A model generated the notes under the pieces. It saw nothing but the letters and a program-made list of their open reading frames with translations. It made no database searches and was not told the DNA's origin. Below are positions 2,510-6,029 of a stretch of 6,029 bases of DNA, piece by piece. Every line of letters begins with the position of its first letter. Position 1 is the first letter of the stretch. The position numbers were made by a program, and so were the translations under genes. The stretch comes from a virus, in the IMG/VR virus record IMGVR_UViG_3300045988_004635, positions 1 through 6,029 of that record. The stretch is one strand, 5' to 3'.

Positions 2510-4215
2510 ACAGAAACAACGAAAGACGCTTTCTGAATGTGCCACAGATGCACACAAGCAGAACGCGTTTTAACCGTGACCAGACGATTTTAACCACGTT
2601 TGACAGCGGCAAACTTATCCCGTTTTTCGTAGATGAAGTGTTGCCGGGCGACACTTTCCAAATCGACACAAGCGCGATCATCCGAATGACCACGCCTAAG
2701 TATCCGGTCATGGATGATGCGTTCATAGACTTCTACTACTTCTATTGTCCAAACAGAATCCTGTGGGATGACTTCAAATACTTCATGGGAGAAGTAGAGG
2801 ACAAGCCATGGGCACCGACCAAAGATTACAGAGTACCGGAACTAGCATGCATTGGAAGTGAAAAAAACCCAGTGCCATACGAAAGAAGCATTCTAGACTA
2901 TATGGGAGTGCCAACAAAAATCAAAAAAGAATTCAGAATAAACGCGCTGCCGGTACGAGCCTATGTAAAAATCTGGAATGAATACTTCAGAGATGAAAAC
3001 GTAGAAAACAGAGCAGTGCTAGTAACAGCTGGACAAGATGAAGCATACCAGGATTCATACAGTGCAGCATACCCAACTCCAGGCACAAAAGAAAATCTGG
3101 ACGATACGCTTAAAAAAGCATACACCGGTGGACGATGCTTGCCAGTAAACAAGTTCCATGACTACTTCACAAGCTGTTTACCTTATCCGCAGAGAGGGCC
3201 GGAAGTAACATTACCGTTAGGTGGTAACGCACCGGTTGGATTGTATAAAGACACAGCGCTAACACAGTTTGGAACGGTAGGAGGACACGCGGGAATTTAT
3301 TTGAACCAGACGCTAAGCGGAAGCGCACTTGCACCAAATATCGGTAACAGCCAAAACGAAAACTACAAAGGATATGCGCTAGTAGCAGGCAGTTCAGACC
3401 CGACAAATCAAGTAAACGACACGGCCTATTTAGGTGCAGATCTGACAAGGGTAACCGCAGCAACAATCAACGACTTGCGAAATGCTGTTGCAGTGCAGCA
3501 GTACTACGAAGCCCTGGCGCGCGGTGGCAGCAGGTATCGCGAACAGATACAGGCACTATGGAACGTCACAATCAGCGACAAAACGGTACAGATTCCCGAA
3601 TATTTGGGCGGTGGACGCTATCACATCAACATGAATCAGATTGTTCAGACGAGCAGCCAGCAAAACGAAACAGATACACCCATCGGCGAAACTGGCGCAA
3701 TGTCAGTAACACCGGTAAATGAAAGCAGTTTCACAAAATCGTTCGAGGAGCACGGCTTTGTAATCGGTGTAATGTGTGTTCGTCATAATCACAGCTACCA
3801 GCAGGGACTTGAGCGTTTCTGGAGCAGAAGAGACAGACTAGACTACTATGTACCACAGTTTGCAAACCTTGGCGAGCAGCCTGTAAAGAAAAAGGAAATC
3901 ATGCTGACCGGTAACAAGTCAGACGAAGAAACATTCGGCTATCAGGAAGCATGGGCAGAATACCGGATGAAACCAAACCGTGTAAGCGGGCTTATGAGAA
4001 GCAACGCAACAGGATCTCTGGACTTCTGGCACTATGCAGACAACTATTCAACCGTGCCGACACTGTCGCAAGGCTGGATGGTAGAAGGAAAGGACGAAAT
4101 CGCAAGAACGCTCATCGTTCAAGACGAACCGCAGTTCTTCGGAGCAATCCGCGTAGCAAACAAAACTACCCGTTGTATGCCGCTGTACAGCGTACCGGGG
4201 CTGTACAAACTGTAA
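2506..4215 (+). CDS. VP1: Major capsid protein VP1 (Microviridae F-type jelly-roll), 569 aa.
   Basis: Hallmark motifs: TTFDSGKLIPFFVDEVLPGDTF, YFYCPNRILWD, RAYVKIWNEYFRD, TINDLRNAVAVQQYYEALARGGSRY, GFVIGVMCVR. The GTG start at 2506 is 7 nt after AAGGAGG (2492-2498) and overlaps the VP3 stop as GTGA. Confidence 0.97.
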   Translation: MNRNNERRFLNVPQMHTSRTRFNRDQTILTTFDSGKLIPFFVDEVLPGDTFQIDTSAIIRMTTPKYPVMDDAFIDFYYFYCPNRILWDDFKYFMGEVEDKPWAPTKDYRVPELACIGSEKNPVPYERSILDYMGVPTKIKKEFRINALPVRAYVKIWNEYFRDENVENRAVLVTAGQDEAYQDSYSAAYPTPGTKENLDDTLKKAYTGGRCLPVNKFHDYFTSCLPYPQRGPEVTLPLGGNAPVGLYKDTALTQFGTVGGHAGIYLNQTLSGSALAPNIGNSQNENYKGYALVAGSSDPTNQVNDTAYLGADLTRVTAATINDLRNAVAVQQYYEALARGGSRYREQIQALWNVTISDKTVQIPEYLGGGRYHINMNQIVQTSSQQNETDTPIGETGAMSVTPVNESSFTKSFEEHGFVIGVMCVRHNHSYQQGLERFWSRRDRLDYYVPQFANLGEQPVKKKEIMLTGNKSDEETFGYQEAWAEYRMKPNRVSGLMRSNATGSLDFWHYADNYSTVPTLSQGWMVEGKDEIARTLIVQDEPQFFGAIRVANKTTRCMPLYSVPGLYKL

Positions 4216-4225
4216 GAAAGGAGGA

Positions 4226-4252
4226 AGCCCGGGCAAAACCCGGGCTATTTTT
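4226..4252 (+). terminator. Intrinsic-terminator-like hairpin after VP1: an 8-bp stem AGCCCGGG/CCCGGGCT, loop CAAAA, then A-TTTTT.
   Basis: Stem 4226-4233 pairs with 4239-4246 (checked by hand). T-run is at 4248-4252. It sits between the VP2 Shine-Dalgarno (4217-4224) and the VP2 ATG (4255). Confidence 0.7.
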
Positions 4253-4254
4253 AA

Positions 4255-5130
4255 ATGGCAGCCTTATCAACATTCTTAACCGCACTCAACATAGCGGGAA
4301 ACGTTGCAAACACGGTTGGAACATTCGCAAATGCTGGAAAACAAATCGCAGGAGCATTTGGAGGATGGGGGCAAACAGGCAACAGCCAAAGCAGCGGAGG
4401 AAGCACACAGCAAGGCGGTGGACACTCTGAAAGCGGAAGTCAATCAGGAACAAACGTGCAGCAGGTTGATGACTGGCTTAAACAGGCATATGCATACCAA
4501 GGACAAGAAAGCGCCATGCAGGGCAAATACAACAGCCAAAGTATGTTAAAACAGATGGGATACAACACCTTACAAGCAATTATGCAGGGCGTATACAATC
4601 ACATCGAAAATAGCGTAGCCATGAACTACAACAGTGCAGAAGCACTAGCAAACAGAGAATGGCAAGAACATATGTCAAACACGGCATATCAGAGAGCCGT
4701 AGAGGACATGAAAAAAGCAGGGATTAACCCAATACTTGCATTTGCAAACGGAGGAGCAAGCACACCGGGAGGAAGTGCAGGAACAATCAGCGGAACAAGT
4801 ATGGGGCTGGCAAGCAGCAGCGCACTTGGAGTAAGTCGAAGCGGAGGATTTGTACCAAACGCATACGAAAGCTCTAGTTGGTCACAAAGTGACTGGTTTA
4901 ATGCCGCGCAAAGCTGGCAACAGATGCTCAGCACAACACAAATGACACCTTACGGACTACAGAAAGCCTTAACCGAAATCGGAGACGACACCGGAAAAGC
5001 AATCCAAAAGAGCGTAAAGACCAATACAAAAATCCAAGGAAACACACACGGAAACAGACAAACCGAAATGAGACAAGACAAAACTGGAAGCTATGGTGAA
5101 AAAAGAAAGCCGGGTGACTATTTAAGGTGA
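4255..5130 (+). CDS. VP2: Minor capsid / DNA pilot protein VP2, 291 aa.
   Basis: Hydrophobic N-terminus and Gly/Ser/Gln-rich linkers. It has the conserved core REWQEHMSNTAYQRAVEDMKKAGINPILAF, characteristic of microvirus VP2. It lies directly after VP1. Confidence 0.9.
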   Translation: MAALSTFLTALNIAGNVANTVGTFANAGKQIAGAFGGWGQTGNSQSSGGSTQQGGGHSESGSQSGTNVQQVDDWLKQAYAYQGQESAMQGKYNSQSMLKQMGYNTLQAIMQGVYNHIENSVAMNYNSAEALANREWQEHMSNTAYQRAVEDMKKAGINPILAFANGGASTPGGSAGTISGTSMGLASSSALGVSRSGGFVPNAYESSSWSQSDWFNAAQSWQQMLSTTQMTPYGLQKALTEIGDDTGKAIQKSVKTNTKIQGNTHGNRQTEMRQDKTGSYGEKRKPGDYLR

Positions 5131-6029
5131 GTTGTTACAAGCCATTAATAAGGCTGTACAATCCCGAAAACAAAGAAATAAGCGGGCGGGTGTATTCACT
5201 CGCCCGTTTTTCAGAAATATCGGGAAAACAGCTAAAATATGAAGATTTAATGTACAGAAAAGATGTAATGTTGATACCATGCGGGCAATGCATCGGATGT
5301 AGAATCAGACAACGCGAGGACTGGACAACACGCATAGAGTTAGAAGCAAGAGATTATCCAAGGGAAGAAGTATGGTTTATTACACTAACCTATGATGATG
5401 ATCACGTACCGGGTATGATAATCGAGACAGGCGAAATCATGCGAAAAGTGCAATACGTCTGGAAACCGAATAAGAAGCGTCCTGAAAGCGTCCAAACGTT
5501 GCTATATACTGACGTTCAAAAATTCTTAAAACGTCTCAGAAAGGCTTACAGGGGCAAATTACGCTATTTTGTAGCGGGAGAATACGGAGAGCAGACAGCA
5601 AGACCGCATTACCACATGATACTATACGGATGGCAACCGACAGACCTAGAAAATCTATACAAGATACACCACAACGGATACTATACTAGTAAATGGTTAG
5701 CAGACCTATGGGGCATGGGTCAGATACAGATAGCACAAGCAGTACCAGAAACATATAGATATGTTGCAGGGTATGTAACCAAAAAAATGTATGAAATAGA
5801 CGGAAAGAAAGGAAATGAATATTATGAACTAGGGCAGCAAAAACCGTTCGCTTGTATGAGCCTTAAACCAGGTCTAGGAGATAACTATTACAAAAAACAC
5901 AAGGCCGAAATCTGGAAGCAAGGCTACATCCAATGTACAAACGGAAAGCACGCACAGATACCACGCTATTACGAAAAGATGATGGAAGCTGAAAACCCAC
6001 AAAGGTTGTGGAGAATTAAGCAGAACAGA
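5127..6029 (+). CDS. VP4: Replication initiation protein VP4 (HUH rolling-circle endonuclease), N-terminal 301 codons. It is open at the window edge and completed by 1..172.
   Basis: No stop codon from 5118 to 6029 in this frame (translated by hand). N-terminus is (M)SCYKPLIRLYNP. Other motifs: CGQCIGCR; motif I FITLTY (5376-5393); HUH motif RPHYHMILYG (HYH at 5607-5615); two-tyrosine motif YVAGYVTKK (5760-5786), compare phiX174 A protein YVAKYVNK. The GTG start at 5127 overlaps the VP2 stop as GTGA. An in-frame TGA at 5115-5117 bounds the frame upstream. Confidence 0.93.
   Translation, partial: MSCYKPLIRLYNPENKEISGRVYSLARFSEISGKQLKYEDLMYRKDVMLIPCGQCIGCRIRQREDWTTRIELEARDYPREEVWFITLTYDDDHVPGMIIETGEIMRKVQYVWKPNKKRPESVQTLLYTDVQKFLKRLRKAYRGKLRYFVAGEYGEQTARPHYHMILYGWQPTDLENLYKIHHNGYYTSKWLADLWGMGQIQIAQAVPETYRYVAGYVTKKMYEIDGKKGNEYYELGQQKPFACMSLKPGLGDNYYKKHKAEIWKQGYIQCTNGKHAQIPRYYEKMMEAENPQRLWRIKQNR
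5183..5211 (+). terminator. Intrinsic-terminator-like hairpin inside the rep coding sequence: a 10-bp stem (one G-T/G-U wobble), loop TATT, then TTTTT.
   Basis: CGGGCGGGTG (5183-5192) pairs with CACTCGCCCG (5197-5206). T-run is at 5207-5211. It lies 57-85 nt downstream of the rep start and the VP2 stop. Confidence 0.6.
5975..6029. repeat. Right copy of the 55-nt terminal direct repeat, identical to 1-55.
   Basis: Same comparison as for 1-55. Confidence 0.95.

Noticed and set aside
3951-4430. 159-aa highly basic alternative-frame ORF spanning the VP1/VP2 junction, a possible phiX-style overlapping gene
   Set aside because: GGAAG lies only 1 nt before its ATG, so it is not a usable Shine-Dalgarno. 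The frame runs through the terminator hairpin. The T-poor + strand makes long stop-free off-frames expected. The Arg/Lys richness is what A/G-rich sequence yields off-frame. It is only worth revisiting if the frame is conserved in relatives.
4304-4549. 81-aa alternative-frame ORF inside VP2
   Set aside because: Same composition argument. It lies in the low-complexity Gly/Ser/Gln linker of VP2 and has no Shine-Dalgarno.
5132-5162. Possible promoter TTGTTA - 19 nt - TACAAT inside the start of rep
   Set aside because: The spacer is too long. It would also initiate downstream of the rep start codon, producing an mRNA that cannot encode the conserved Rep N-terminus.

Overview
The window is one complete, circularly permuted genome of a small ssDNA phage of the family Microviridae. 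It is gokushovirus-like, not phiX174-like. Bases 1-55 are identical to 5975-6029, so the unit genome is 5,974 nt. The replication-protein gene that runs off the right edge (5127..6029) finishes at 1..172. All convincing genes are on the + strand. In order they are: Rep/VP4 C-terminus; a 603-nt non-coding block (173-775); a 75-aa ORF; a peptidase M15 (Peptidase_M15_3-type, likely cell-wall hydrolase); a 34-aa ORF; a 74-aa ORF; a 40-aa Arg/Lys-rich J/ORF8-like DNA-binding protein ending in PMRGGIRL; a 79-aa conserved microvirus non-structural protein; the VP3 internal scaffold; the VP1 major capsid protein; the VP2 pilot/minor capsid protein; and Rep/VP4. Almost every gene has a strong AGGAG-type Shine-Dalgarno. 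Two junctions (VP3/VP1 and VP2/VP4) use GTG starts in a GTGA stop/start overlap. No rRNA, tRNA, CRISPR or transposase is visible. The items most worth a second look are listed here. (1) The non-coding block is very large for this family. It holds a 12-bp hairpin, a 46-nt alternating CG island with a 16-bp palindrome and an exact GCGAAGC mini-hairpin motif, an AT-rich ori/dif-like element, two DnaA-box-like 9-mers, and a 3x tandem 9-bp iteron with dispersed copies. (2) The M15 peptidase has no signal peptide and no holin partner. (3) An A9 tract at the peptidase 3' end would fuse it to the downstream small ORF after a -1 shift. (4) A GC hairpin plus T-run lies between the VP2 Shine-Dalgarno and its ATG. 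(5) An intrinsic-terminator-like hairpin lies inside the 5' part of the rep gene. All functional assignments come from motif recognition by eye; no database search was run.
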